Below, one piece after another: positions 25,552-42,692 of a stretch of 64,000 bases of DNA (position 1 is the stretch's first letter; the number at the start of each line of letters is the position of its first letter). The stretch lies in the NCBI RefSeq assembly GCF_009914755.1, contig NC_060926.1. One strand, written 5' to 3'. A program made the position numbers and the translations under genes. The DNA is from the human T2T-CHM13v2.0 reference genome, Homo sapiens. A model generated the notes under the pieces. It was given only the letters and a program-made list of their open reading frames with translations. It searched no databases and was not told where the DNA came from.

Positions 25552-28500
25552 TAAACATAATGTTCATTTGCTCATTGATTTGATATTGACTGTGCACCCA
25601 CACGTGTGCTGGGCACTGTTCGAGGCAGGGTTTAAGAAACGCTCAAGAAGCACATGTGGTCTCTCAAGGGGACGGTGTAGTGGACAGAGATAACAAAGAA
25701 AAACACAGAGAAGAAAGAATGACGGAGAGTGAGAAGTGCTGTAAGTGCAGTGACAGACACCGCCCCAGGGCCTCCTGGACAGGCTGCATGTTTGTAGGAT
25801 GATGGGGAGTGGTCCTGGAGAAGACTGAGGAGGAGCCCTGGGGGGTCCAGGCAGAGAGAGGAGGGGCACAGAGCTGGAGGACGGAAGGGCCTTTGTACAG
25901 CATGTGTGTGTGTGTGTGTATGCTGGGGGACACGCAGGGAGATGGCAGGCCTCAGCACTGGGGAGAGCTGGAGTGCATTCTAGATGCAGCAGGGAGCTGG
26001 AGCAGGGACCCTCTTCTCCCTGCCTGGCCTGAGAGCAGGGAAGGAGGCCCTGGGCTGTGGCTGATTGCAGTCAACACTGAGGAACAAGTGCCAATGCTTC
26101 ATGCAGGGCACAACCTCTGCCACACTTTTACCTATGTGACCTTCTGGGCCAGGTACTGTGAGGTGCTTCATTTCTCAGATAGCAAGGCTGAGGCTCAGAT
26201 CAATGCTGCTTTGCACACAGCTGGAAGTGGCCAAATCAGCCCGAAACCCCCATTTTGTTCTGCATCTTTGTGCAGGGCTGGGTGGCTGTGTGTGCAATGT
26301 CTGTTGTGCTGGACATGCAACAGGAAAGCAATTGTTACCTCTAATTTTTAGGAGGCCAAAGGGCAAGAAGCCACGTGCTCCAGGCCAAAGAGCAGCTAAG
26401 GGAATGAAGAGTAAATCTGTGATTGAATGAATGAGCAGATGAAAAGAGAAAAAGCCTCCCCCTGCACAAACCTGCAACCCATTCCCTTCCTGGGGTCCTG
26501 TGGGGAGGGGGCTTTTCATCAGTGCCCTGGGTCAGGGAAGAGAGAGGGAGGCCTTGTGGTGGAGGGAAGGGGAGGAGAGCTCACCATCAGAGGTGGAAAG
26601 AAGGTTCTAGTCCCTCCAGAGCACACTCAGGGATGCTTTCTTGTGCTTCTGTCCCAAGGCCTTGTCTCGACCTTGCTTACTATAAACACAGTGCTACATC
26701 CTGCTTTTCCTTTACTTCATTGCATAAACCTTCCCTGAATCGCTTCCAGAATCTTTAGAACCACCGTTTTTAAGGTTTGAATACTTGTATACCAAGTAAA
26801 TGACCACAGCTTATTGAAACTCCTCTTTATAGTCAACCACTTAGGTTGTTCTATTGTTATTTCTAGAACACATAACTAATGCCAATAAATAATGATGATG
26901 GCACAGATTAGTATTTCCTGAGGATGGATCTCTTGCGTGGGTTCCAAAGCTCTAAGCAATTTATATGGGCCCTGGAGTTTCCTCCACAGCTCCTAAGGCA
27001 GCTCTGGCACATGAGGAGGCTGGGAAAAGAGCAGGGGTGATGGGTGCATCTGCCTTGGTAAGTGAACTTGTTGGTTCTGTCCCACGCAGCTTGGGTGTCG
27101 GTGTGGGGGGTGTGCTGCTGGGGTTGGAGAGGGGCCGCCCTACATAACGTCCCCACATAAAAGGGGCAGGTGTGCAGGTGGTCCCAGGGATGGCGGCAGC
27201 TCTGTCTGACTCCCCCCTACTGGGGGGCTATGGGGGCTGTGGGAGTGGAGGGTGAGGATCACCGTCCTCCAGGATCCCCCAACCCCTCCTTGGCCATTCC
27301 CTTTGACTTCCTTGGGAAAGAGTCCAGGCTTCAGAGGATTCTTTGCTCATTTCAATCTGACCCCATTTGAATCCCCAAGGGTCGCAGTAAACCCCAGGCA
27401 CACAAAGACAGAGGCTTGTGGCTGGCTTGCGGTTGCTGTGATCACGATGGAATCAGACAACGGCTGCCCTGGCAGGCAGCACCCAGGCACCTCTCAGGTG
27501 GGAAAAGACTGAGCCAGGTGAATGTCCCAGAGCTCCAGCCAGCTCAGGCTCCTATGGGTGATAACTGCACTAGACACCTCTCCGAAGAAGCCAACAGAAA
27601 CTGCATGCAGCGGCAACATGAGCAAAGATAAGTGTTGGGACCCGTTCTTCGCTGCCACCTCCAAGTCTGAACAGCAGGCTCTAAGGGGGGCATGGGAGCC
27701 CCTCAGAAAGGGCCACTGCCCATGCCTCACCTCCTGCCCGCCACTCCACTCTTTATTGTCCTACCTGACTGTAACAGGCTGCATGCTCAACATGGTGTCA
27801 GCTGCCCCAAAGAGCACCAGGAGGAGACAGGGGTGCCATTCGGACATGAACAGGAGCTCCTACCTGAATGTGCAGACCTCCGCCACTGGAGCTCTCGGGG
27901 GGAAAACATCCATGACAGCCTCCCTGAGCCTTGAAACATTTGCAGACCAAGCAGGCTCAGGTGCCCGTGTTTGCAGGCGGTTTTTTAGAACGTATCATTT
28001 GTCTTATATTGATGTACCCTTCAAAGCCCGGGAGGAAGTGTGGTCTTGTGGGGAGCTCTGTGCAGGCAACATGAGAGTCTGTATTGTCTTCCTAGCTCTG
28101 CCCCGGTTGTCAGAGGAGTCCATCTGGGCCACAGGGGTGAGGAGCCGTCACCCCTGCCTTTTGTTTAGCCGGTGACACCTCCCCAGTTGTGTGGCGGGTG
28201 ATGCAGCAATAATGCCCACGAGCTCCTCTCAACAATCAAAACAAAACAGAGAGCCACTCTAAAACAGTGGCTTTCTTGCAAATGGAATATGCTGAGAATC
28301 TGTGACATGTGCAGGTCGGTAAGTGAGAAGGAAACAGGAACCACCAATCGATTCTGACAATGTAGAAAGCAGTGGAGGTTTGGGGCCAGGAGAACAAAAG
28401 ACCTATGGGAGAGGCGGTGACCCAGGAAGGGTGGCCATGGACTTGGGTGCATCACCTGAGCCCTGTCACTTGGAAAGAACCCTAACGACCATCTTAATCC

Positions 28501-28654
28501 TGCCTGCATAGATACCTTACTGTGCCGCTGCTGGGTGTGAAGCGTGGCTACTAAAAATGTTCACTTCATTTTTAAGAAGTAGAACAGGTTCAAGGTTATT
28601 CCTGTAGACGACAGTGTCGCTCTCGCCCAAGTACACTGTGGGAGGCTTCCTTAG

Positions 28655-29549
<895 letters not shown>

Positions 29550-30215
29550 TGTGGGGTAGACAAATATGGGGCAGGGTTGCTGTAAAGGGTGTTCACGTTT
29601 TATTTTGGAAGCTGAATAATGTAGACTTTAAATTGTTTTTGCAACATAGAGATCTACAGCTCTGGACTAATGGATCAGATTTTGCTAGTTGCAAAGATTT
29701 TTGAATTTTAATTGCAGTTTGCTGCTGTTTCACCCACAACAAAAGTAGAGGAAGAACTCATAGCTTATATGCAGTGATCATGAACTCTGGGGCTTTGTAG
29801 ATGAGACTAGGAAAACTTGTGCAGGACCTGAAGTTGAACTGCCTTGGCTCTTGTTCCCATGTGCTGGGGGATGGGGCAAGGACATCTCACCAGGTATCAG
29901 TGGGTGGTCTACACTATTTGAGTAAAGTCCTATCCTTATAGTGTTGCTTTCCTGCCTGGTGACTTGACTGAGTTTAGGCTTAGCGACCTGCTTATAAAAT
30001 GGCAAGAGTACGTACTTGCATAAGCGGTTAATTGACATAATGCAGGTAAATGGAACAGTACCAAACGCTTAATAACAAATGCTTAATAAATGAAGATGGT
30101 GGCTGGCAAGTGGGGGCGAATGTCAATAAACAACATGTAAAAATATGGATCATCTGGTCACTTTAAACTTTTAGTGAGATCAAATGTGGGCAAAATTTCT
30201 CTACAAATAACTGGA

Positions 30216-30218
<3 letters not shown>

Positions 30219-30254
<36 letters not shown>
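30219..30254. repeat. (GT)n microsatellite
   Basis: Visible dinucleotide repeat. Others lie at 13441, 13690, 15994, 16185, 25903 and 36378. Confidence 0.95.
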
Positions 30255-31006
30255 CTGGACCCACAGAGAAGTTTTTAATGTAGATATATAAAGTAGATAA
30301 TCTCATTTATATTTTGGAAAATTTTAATTTTTAAAAATTTTTGTTATTTGATGATGATGATTTGTTTCCCCTTCAGAGGAGGTTTTCCAGCTCTAGGAGA
30401 TGCTGTTGACAATCTCTCTTCTGAAGTTAAGGGGCCCTTTGAGTGGCTCTGGCCACTGAGAAGTGAAACCCTGGGAGCAGCTAGAGATGGCCAGCCTATG
30501 ATATTCACAGCCAATGTGTTAAGTGTGAAGTTCTGTGCAAGTAGGTTTTAAATAGGTACAGCCTAAAATACATAATTTTCTTATTATCAAAATCATGTGC
30601 CTTTTTAAGGAAAAATCTAAGAAACACAGAAAAGCAAAGAGAAGAGGAAAATAAAGTATTCATATGGGCCTACCTCCAAAGATGCAACCAGCAACCTCTA
30701 CTTTATTATCTTCTGGATTCCTTTACTCTCTTAAAAATGGGGTCCTACTCTAGTTGTTCTAATAACTCTTCATCACTTTTTAAAAACAGTAATTTGTTTC
30801 TTGTCATTATATCTTCTCCATATATACATACACACTCTTTTTTTTTTTCAAAATGGAGATTGCATTGTTGTTTTGCCTGGCTGTCAGTGTAATACTCAGA
30901 TGGAAGTACTGCACATGCATAAACAAGACGATAAAGATCACTTGTAATCTGCCCCACACCAACCCCTGTCACATTTGGAGTTACCATTTTGGCATATGCT
31001 CTTTAC

Positions 31007-31317
31007 TTTTTTTTTTTTTTTTTTTTTTTTTGAGACGGAGTCTTGCTCTGTTGCCCAGGCTGGAGTGCAGTGGTGTGATCTTAGCTCACTGCAACCTCCG
31101 CCTCCTGGGTTTAAGCGATTTCCCCCACCTTAGCCTCAGCCTCCTGAGTAGCTGGGACTACAGGTGCATGCCACCATGCCCGGCTAATTTTTTGCATTTT
31201 AGTAGAGACAGGGTTTCACCACATTGGCAAGGATGGTCTTGATCTCCTGACCTCGTGATCTGCCTGTCTCAGCCTCTCAAAGTGCTGGAATTACAGGCGT
31301 GAGCCACCGCGCCTGGC
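31007..31317 (-). mobile_element. AluSc-like
   Basis: Reverse Alu with GGATGGTCTTGATCTCCTGACCTCGTG. Confidence 0.93.
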
Positions 31318-31349
31318 TGGCATATGATCTTTCTGAATATTTTGTTTAC

Positions 31350-31755
31350 TGTGGATTCCTAATTAGGGAAAAAGGAGTCAGGCTGGGGGGAGTCAGGCGG
31401 GTGGGAGCAAGGGAAAATAAAAAGAGAAAGCAGATAAGCAACAAGTCTGCCTTTCTTTATGGTCCAGGACACACAGCCCTCCTGAGCAAGTAACTCTCAC
31501 CAGACACGTGCAAGTTAGCTCACTGCAACCTTGGCGTTATTAATACTACACAAAGCCCTCTTCAACAGATAGCATAAACGCTACCCTGTAAAATCGCCAG
31601 CAAGCCTTTGTCTCCTTGCAGTCAGTTTCTCTCTGCTGCCTGCCTATTGTCCCTCTGGCAATGTATTTTCTAATAAATCTTCTGCCTTCTTTTACCTGCA
31701 ACTGTTTCGGTAAATCTTTTACCTCCACACCACCGGCTGTCATTCCCCCATGACA
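31350..31755 (+). mobile_element. ERV1 solo LTR (MER83-like)
   Basis: TG...CA termini (TGTGGATTCCTAATTAGGG...TGACA), internal AATAAA, imperfect TSD tttac/tttaa. Subfamily from memory. Confidence 0.75.
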
Positions 31756-31977
31756 TTTAACACATGTTTCTTACACACAGATAATTTCCTCTTCTGCCGA
31801 GAGCTGGGTTCATAGAATATCTAACGTTTGATAATCTGCTTTTTAAATTTAATAATGCATTGTGAACATCTTTCCACTTATTAAACATTCTTGCACAGCA
31901 TTATTTTAATGTCATTTATTACCTTGCATGGATGTATTCTCATTTATTTCACTGGTAGATATGTAGTTTTTAGCATG

Positions 31978-32520
<543 letters not shown>

Positions 32521-32971
32521 TCATGAATATTTTCGTGATATATTCATAGAAGTGAAATTGCTGGTTCAAAAAAAAATACACAAATTTGAGGCTCTAGATA
32601 TGTATTGCCAAATTGCCCCTCAGAATGGTGGGACCAGCCTGGACTCCCAGCAGTGGATTATGAATGGGCCCGTTTATCAGCACTCTTATCTATCTGAAAT
32701 GCTATATTATGGTACAATCTGGTAAAATCCATTTAAAAATGCATTCCTTTTGTTTATTATTTTAATAATTCCAATTTATATTAGAAACCAGTTTGCATTT
32801 AATTTTATTAGATTTTGTTATTAATTAAATTACTAAATTTCTGGTTTCTGTCCTTTTAAGAAACGTTATTTATTTAAATCATTTAGAATTTCTTTTGGTG
32901 TCAGATATGAAGGGCTAAAACTCCATTTTTTCCAAATATTTAACCAATTGTCTCGGCACTCTTTATTATAA

Positions 32972-33275
<304 letters not shown>

Positions 33276-34042
33276 TTCTATAATCTATTCTTTCCCCATG
33301 TATGTGACTGCTACATTTGTCATGTAATCCACATGTTCAAATGGAGTCTATTCATGCATCACTTCAGTGATTGAAATCAGCAATTTAAAATTGATCAGTA
33401 AATATCTAGCAGCTGATAATCCCATGAGGAGAGAGAAACTTCTTTTGCCTTTGAGAAAGAAAATGTTTTCCTTCTGATTCTAAAAGAATAGGTGAGTTGC
33501 TTTCCTCTATCTCTGCAATTTTTCCCTCTGCTGGGACCCACAGATGGGGAAAATGAGACCTCTGATGAGGCAGCAGAAACCCAGAAGCCAGAACACCGCT
33601 AACCAGTAATGAAGCTGTGGGATCACTGAAGCTCCCCTGCCCCAGGGAGACACGGGTGGTCAAAGTAGAAACTGAAGATCAGCCTCAGAGACTCCCAGAC
33701 TGAGGAGTCAGCCTAATTTTCTGATAAGAAATTAAAGACTAGGGGCTGGGGGAGTGAGAGAAGTATTATTCTCAAACTTTTAGGAAAAAAACCAAAATGA
33801 AACAAAACAGTGAAAAGAATGATCAGGAAGTCAGTAACTTCATTGTGCCTGTGCTTACAATGCCATCTTTTTAACTGTAGGAATTGGCCATTGTAATAAC
33901 AAATGCCACTGCTGTAAGGAAGGTATCAGTGAGTGGGAAAGGGTCTTAATTGTGCTGTCTCATCTGACGAGCTTGAGTGTTCACACCACGCAGCCACAGC
34001 CAGAGCAGCACACTCTATCTGGGGTGGTGAATTGTAATTTTA

Positions 34043-34407
<365 letters not shown>

Positions 34408-34826
34408 AGAGATATCATATCAAATAAGAGGAAGGGCACGGTCACATGAGGTTTTTATGCAGCACCAAATAACCTGCTCGAGTGGGGAATAAATGCCGAC
34501 ACTTCAGGTTGTGAGCCACTATGATACCCACTTTTCCTGCCCCCACCCTCCCTTCTGTTGTTGGTTTGCCCCCCAATTTACTGCTCCCTGTGTGGGTTGA
34601 GCTTTGTAAGCTGCCCCAAATCCTTTTTGGGAATTAGACAATGCAAGGATAAATAAAAACATTGATTCTTAGGAGCTTTTCAATGTATTATAAAATTGAA
34701 TTTTAACAGACAGGTTAATAAAAATAAAAAGAGGAATACTTTTGTTTTGATCTCTTGTTATTTAAATGAAATTTATCCCTTTTCCAGGGGAAAGTTTTTG
34801 TTTTGACACTCATGGTCAGCACTGGT

Positions 34827-34950
34827 CTCCTCTCCTCTCCTCTCCTCTCCTCCCCTCTCCTCCCCTCCCCTCTCCTCCCCTCCCCTCCCCTCCCCTCTTC
34901 TCTCCTCTCCTCTTCTCTCTCTCCCTCTTTCCCCTCCACCCTTCCTCTTG
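34827..34950. repeat. (CTCTC/CTCCC)n polypyrimidine tract
   Basis: Visible pentamer repeat. Confidence 0.95.
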
Positions 34951-35105
34951 CTGCAGCCTCCTCACAGGGTCATAGGCACAGGAACACAGCTACAGACATG
35001 AAGATGCTTTCCTGTGTTACAAAAAAGGATAGTTTAAATAATTCCCTGCATCCTGCTTTTCCTCCTTAATAGTACACTCTGGCAGTGTTGCCAAGTTAAT
35101 CTGTC

Positions 35106-35858
35106 TTTTTTTTTTTTTTTTTGAGATGGAGTCTCACTCTGTTGCCCAGGCTGGAGTGCAGTGGTGTGATCTTGGCTCACTGCAACCTCTGCCTCCTAGG
35201 TTCAAGTGATTCTCTGCCTCAGCCTCCCGAGTAGCTGGGATTACATGCCCGGCTAATTTTTGTATTTTTAGTAGAGACAGAATTTTGCCATGTTGGCCAG
35301 GCTGGTCTCAAGCTCCTGACCTCAGGTGATGGCCCACCTTGGCCTCCCGAAGTACTGAAATTACAGGTGTGAGGCACCGCACCCGGCCCTCTCCTCTCCT
35401 CTCCTCCCCTCCCCTCCGCTCTCCTCCCCTCCCCTCCGCTCTCCTCCCCTCCCGTCCGCTCTCCTCCCCTCCCCTCTCTCTCCCTCCCTTTCTCTCTCAC
35501 CCTTTCCCCTCCGCCCATTTCTCCCTCTTTTTCCCTCCCTCCCTCCCTCCCTTCCTTCCTTCCTTCCTTCCTTTTCTTGGGGGGCAGTGGGGACAGAGCC
35601 TTGCTCTGTTGCCCTGGCTGGAGTGCAGTGGCTTGCTGTAACCTCAAACTTCTGGACTAAAGTGACCCTCTTGCCTCAGCCTTCCTAGTAGCCGGGACTA
35701 TAGGCATCCACCACCATGCCTGGCTAAATTTTGTATTTTTAATAGAGATGGGGTTTCACCATCTTGACCAGGCTGGTCTCAAACTCCTGACCTCGTGATC
35801 CGCCCACCTCAGCCTCCCAAAGTGCTGGGGTTACAGGGGTGAGCCACCGTGCCCGGCC
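35106..35858 (-). mobile_element. Two Alus (35106-35388; 35590-35858) separated by a pyrimidine tract
   Basis: Reverse Alu consensus twice. Confidence 0.9.
35388..35578. repeat. (CTCCC)n/(CCCT)n/(CCTT)n polypyrimidine tract
   Basis: Visible low-complexity repeat. Confidence 0.95.
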
Positions 35859-36560
35859 AAATCATTCTTTTTAAGTCATTCTTTTGATGGCTACACGATA
35901 TTTTTGGGTATAGATAGACAGCAACTTATTAAATGATTCCCTATTGATTATCTTGGGGTTGTTTCCCATTTTTATTTTGCCCAAACAATATGGATAGAAT
36001 CATCTTTGTATATTTATTCTGATGCAATGATGCTTCTACTTTCCCGGGGACCCATTCCCAGGAGTGCTGAGTGACAGTCCCTAATTCATATTAAACACTA
36101 CTAGATGGTGCCCACCTGTTTTCCACAAAGCTGTAGCGCTCGCTTATTCCAGCATCAGCAACACCTGTGTGCCCTTGGCCACAAGCTTTCCAGCAGTGAG
36201 CAGCATCACTGTTTTACATTTTTACTCAGTGACATTTGTATGCAAATGACAGATTATTATTTTTCTGGAAAATGTATGCTTAACCATGCCAGGGTCATAA
36301 CTCATGCTATGAAAAAGATTTTGGTGTAGAGGTCATGGCAGAAGAAATGAGAACGTGTGAATCAGCTTTCTTCTCTTACACACACACACACACAAAAGTC
36401 TTAACTGAGCTTGGATATTAAAAGCAGTGTGGGGGAGAGGGTGGGGAGGTTTGGAGTTACCATCAGGAGCGTCTGACCAGGCTCAAACGTGGGATAGCTG
36501 TCCATTGAACAGCCCTGTATGTCACAATGACTAGGAAAAATTTATAAGACAGACGTTCCA

Positions 36561-37107
<547 letters not shown>

Positions 37108-38303
37108 CTACACCACAAGATAGACCACCCAACATGGCTTTCTGAGTTTCTAGGGAGCTGGGCTTTGAGCAGGGCCCACAAAAGGACTTCAACCAAAGCC
37201 TGCTTGTCTTGTGGAAGCCACCCTACCTCCCTGTTTCCAAACCAGAAGCATCAGTGTGGCTGCAGGGTAGGTACTCGGATAGAGGCAGGGACGACCCAAA
37301 CTCCATCTTCTGCCCTGGCCCAGCTAGAGCCTTCGTGATCCGAAGGCAGGCCCGCCTTTTGTGCTGATCACGTTTACTGTTGCTCTCCCCTCCCTATGTC
37401 CCCCAAACTTGGCTGAGGCTGAGGTAAGGGTGGAGGGGTGGGAGTCATGGCCTCCCTTTTGCCTGGTCTGGTCTTGCCCAGACAGCAGGCCTAGCCCAGC
37501 AGGCAGCTTCAGGCTTGCAGGATGCTGAAGGGGTGCTGGGGAGGGGTGTGTGGGGAAGAGGAGCCTCCACCCCTCCACCAACACCACCTCACATCTTCCC
37601 CTCGTAACTTTGCCCTCACCCAACCACAGAGACCTCCACAAAATCTGTAAGAGGCTGTGAACAACACTCCCAGCCAAACATAACTTTTTTGAGAAGGCAA
37701 TCCATGCCCTCTGCTTGTGTTGGCATCACCTGGGTCTTTCTCTGGTCTGTCCGGGGCTGGCATGAGGCTGCAGCCAGTGAGGCACTGAGGCCACTCACTC
37801 TTGGAGCCACGCAAGTGCCAGCCTTGAGCCTGTGTCCCCCCGGTCATGAGAATGAAAGCCCGTGGGGTTAGGGACATCTTCTGAGCCAAATCTTTAGTGT
37901 CTGAAACACATGCCTGATTGAGATCTGAGTTGTTGAACTTGGTTCTCTAAGGGGATTGTCCATTGTACTTGGCAGAGTAAACATCCCGAGTGGTCCTCAC
38001 AGCCTTGAGGAGCACAGAAAGGTGGGTGGGTGGATGGGTGGGGGAGCCAGCAGGGGAGGTGCTGGGAGGGGCAGTGGAGAGGGAGGGCTGTGCTCCCAGC
38101 TTGTGGGGGCCTAAGGACTTTCTATCTGAGCCTTTTGCTTTGTTCATTCATTCATTTCAGTTCTGGCCTCAGGCTTAGGAGTGATTTGTACAGGTGGCAG
38201 GAAAGAGCCAGAGGACCCCCACAGGCCTCGGCCCTGGGCTACTAGGGAGGGAACTGAGGCCTAGAGGCTGTAAGCAAGACTGCGAGCCCTGGGGGCCCAA
38301 CTA

Positions 38304-39076
<773 letters not shown>

Positions 39077-40312
39077 TTATGTAGCAGAATGGACATGGTT
39101 TCCTTTCAAATTTAGAAGTCTAAGCAAAGCTCTTAAAAGGGTACTCGCTTGTGAAAGGCAGTAAACTAATGGGAAAAGCAGGATCCAGGAGAGCCAACAG
39201 TACTGTGGAGGTTGTAAGTGTCTTTTTCAGCGCCTCTGCTTTCAGCTTTACAGGAATCACACGTGTCGTGCATATTTCTGTGAATCTCAAACCGACGCAG
39301 GGCTGGGGAATATGGTTTCCTTCTGTTTGAGTTATGTAACTGGGAGGACTCCAGGAACCAGTGACTCACAGTTCCCCGGGAGTGTCAGTGACGCATCGAA
39401 GGAGGTTTCCCAAGAAGCGACAGAGGAAATATCTTTTGGAAGGCCTCTGAAGACAGGGCTCTTTCTGTCTTTCCCTTTGACTGGGTGGTAGATTCGGATC
39501 AGCTTTGCAGCCCACGCGGGGTCGGGGATCACTTTCTGAAAACAAGTTGCCCACTTCCTACAGGTAGAGACACAAGCTGCGGGGCGGGGGTGGGGATGAG
39601 TAAGGATGAAAGGGAGGGGGTGGTGTAGGACCCCCCTTCTTCTTTTGAACAGGCCGGGGTGGGCTCCACACCTGCAGGCTACTTCCCACTGAAAGGAAGG
39701 GGGCGGGGGGAGGGGGGAACACCAGTGCTGCTCCCAGACCCATTAAGGTCCACAGAAAAACACAGAAAAGGAAGTACTATAGATGTTCTCCTTCAGGGCA
39801 GAGAACCCAGGCTCACCTAAGGTTGCTGGAGTGCAGCCCACCCCTGCCACGAGCCCAGCCCCATGTGAACTTCCAGACAAGTAAATGCAATTGCAAATGT
39901 AGCTCGCCCAAAGTCTACAGCTGGTAAAGACCCAGGCTGTGCTGTCTGGCCACCTCGGACCTGCCTCACCGTGATTTCCATGGTTCAGATTTTTTTAATT
40001 TATGAATAAATCTTTCGTTTGTGGATATTTTTATTGATTCCAATTTCTTATTATAACAATGGCCAGAGGTTCTTTTTTTCCAAACTTTTAATTGCTTTTT
40101 CCCCAACTACAAAAGTAATACATGATGTAAAAATTCACACAAGGAACTGTACAAAGCAGAAGTGGAAATTCCGCAGAGTAACTGCAATTAACAGCTGAAA
40201 GTAAATCCTTACAGACCTTTTCCTGTACATATACAAACAAATATACCCGGAGGCCTTGATTTATTATTAGAGAAAAAAGATCAAATCTGCAGAACAATAT
40301 TAGAAGATGTAA

Positions 40313-40692
<380 letters not shown>

Positions 40693-41937
40693 CTGTAATC
40701 CCATGTGCTTGCTGAAGAAACTTCCAAATACCAATTTTACACATTTCTACAATGTTCTGTACTTGGATTTTAAAAAGTCTCTTTCTTGAAGTATAATTTA
40801 CATCTATATCCATAGCTCTAAAGTCAACATATCTGAGTGTACAGCTTGATGACTTTTACTAATGAAACACACTCATATAAGTGATTCCCAGATTGAGAAG
40901 CAGAAATGCTCACCTTCAAACCTCATGCTCCCTCCTAATGACCACCACTGGACCAAGGGTAACTGTATCCTAACTTCTAACAACATATATTTGTTTTGCT
41001 TGTTTTCTTTTGTGCTTGAATTTTAACAGTGACTACATATTGTGCCATATATTGTATTAAGAATAATCTATACAGATGTTTTAAAAATATATGCATTTGT
41101 CATAACCATCATTTGATATCAGCATATATGGATCTAGCTCATTCCTTAGCAGCCGCCTAAACCCCCTTATTAGACTGTGTCTGAATTTATCTGACCAGTC
41201 CCTTTTGATGGACATTTGGATTATTTCCCATTTTTAGCTAGTAAGCAACACTAGAAGGAACAATCTGATGCGTATTTCTTTGTGCATGCCACTTTTTGAT
41301 GTATTTCTTTCAGATAAATGCCAACAAGTGGAATTGCTAGTCAAAAGATAGCTGGATGGAGTTTGGGGGGCATATTTCATCATAATGGCCCTATAGAGTG
41401 TAGTAGCAGCTCAGCTCCTTCTTCAAACAAAGGTCAGGTGCTGGGTGCAGACCTTCTCACCGCAGCCCCCACCATTGGCAGCCCAGCCTGCTCCAGCTCC
41501 CTGGGCAGCCGGAGCTGAGCCCGCCTCGGCAGGTGCCTGCTGCACAGAAAACTGACAGAGGAGCGCAAACCACCCCTGCCCCCAGCCCAACCCCATGAGA
41601 ACTTGTGAACAAGTACATGCAATTGCAAAGACAGCAGCAGGGAGACGGTCAAATTTCAAAGCCTGCAGTGGGACAAGAGGCCTTGTGGCCTGTTCTTACT
41701 TCCGCTGTGCACTGGGTGTGAGCCTTCAAGGAGGGCAGACCATGTGCACTGCAGGCCTTAATCTCTTATTTGTTTGTGATGGGCCGGGTGAGGGGCCCAC
41801 CTGAAACACGAACCCTAGAGGAGTCTGGTCCAGCTGACCCCAATTCTTTCACCCCTCCCCTCAGCCTTGGAAGGCAGCCTGTCCCTTGTCCTCAGAGCTG
41901 ATGGGCAGAGCTTTTGTTTCTTTTGAACACCTCTTGC

Positions 41938-42692
41938 TGAGGCAGGAGTCTAGGGTCTGGGGGCAGGGAATCTAAGGCCAATTCGTGCTGAATCAAGGAG
42001 AAACATCTATGTCCGGGGGCAGGGAATCTGAGGCCAATTTGTGCTGACTTCTCAAAGCTGGATCAAATGGAAAACACCTGGGTCTGGGGGCAGGGCATCT
42101 AAGGCCAATTCGTGCTGAATGAAGGAGAAACACCTACGTCTGGGGGCAGGGAATCTGAGGCCAATTTGTGCTGACTTCTCAAAGCTGGAGCAAACGGAAA
42201 ACACCTGGGTCTGGGGGCAGGGCATCTAAGGCCAATTAACATACACCAAAAGGAAAAACCCCATCTCCCCACACTGAGTAACCAAGGATCAAAGGCTACT
42301 CTCCCTACAACCCTCCCCCTTCCACTGCATCTCAGATGGAAAGGGAGACGGCCCTGGATTGACCACAGACCAAGCACGGGCCATCCCTTCATCCGCATAG
42401 GGCGTCAATTCACCTCAGCCTTTCATTAGCCATGGACCAAATCCTTCACCCAGATAAGGGGTAGCCAACAGGTACCTCAAAAGGGGTACTTAAAACCCAG
42501 AAAACTTTGCAATTGGGCCCATGGGCTATCTGCTTAGGGTCCACTCCTACCATGTGGAGTGCTTTCTCACTTCAATAAATTCTTCCTTTTGCTGCTTTTA
42601 TTCCTTTATTACTTTGTATGTTTTGTTCAGTTCTTTGTTCAAAATGCCAAGGACCTGGACAACTTACACTCAAGGCCCTCCTTCCGGTAACA
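41938..42692 (+). mobile_element. ERV1 solo LTR (LTR15/MER51-related) with an internal tandem expansion
   Basis: TGAGGCAGGAG...CCGGTAACA termini, AATAAA at 42574, near-TSD ttgc/ctgc. Confidence 0.85.

Noticed and set aside
27522-28175. 217-aa ATG-initiated plus-strand ORF
   Set aside because: No recognisable domain or exon structure, and antisense within a CD8B intron. Cannot be fully excluded without conservation or Ribo-seq data.
41953-42237. CRISPR-like repeat-spacer array
   Set aside because: Spacers alternate A/B/A/B instead of being unique, the array lies inside an ERV1 LTR, the DNA is human and there are no cas genes.
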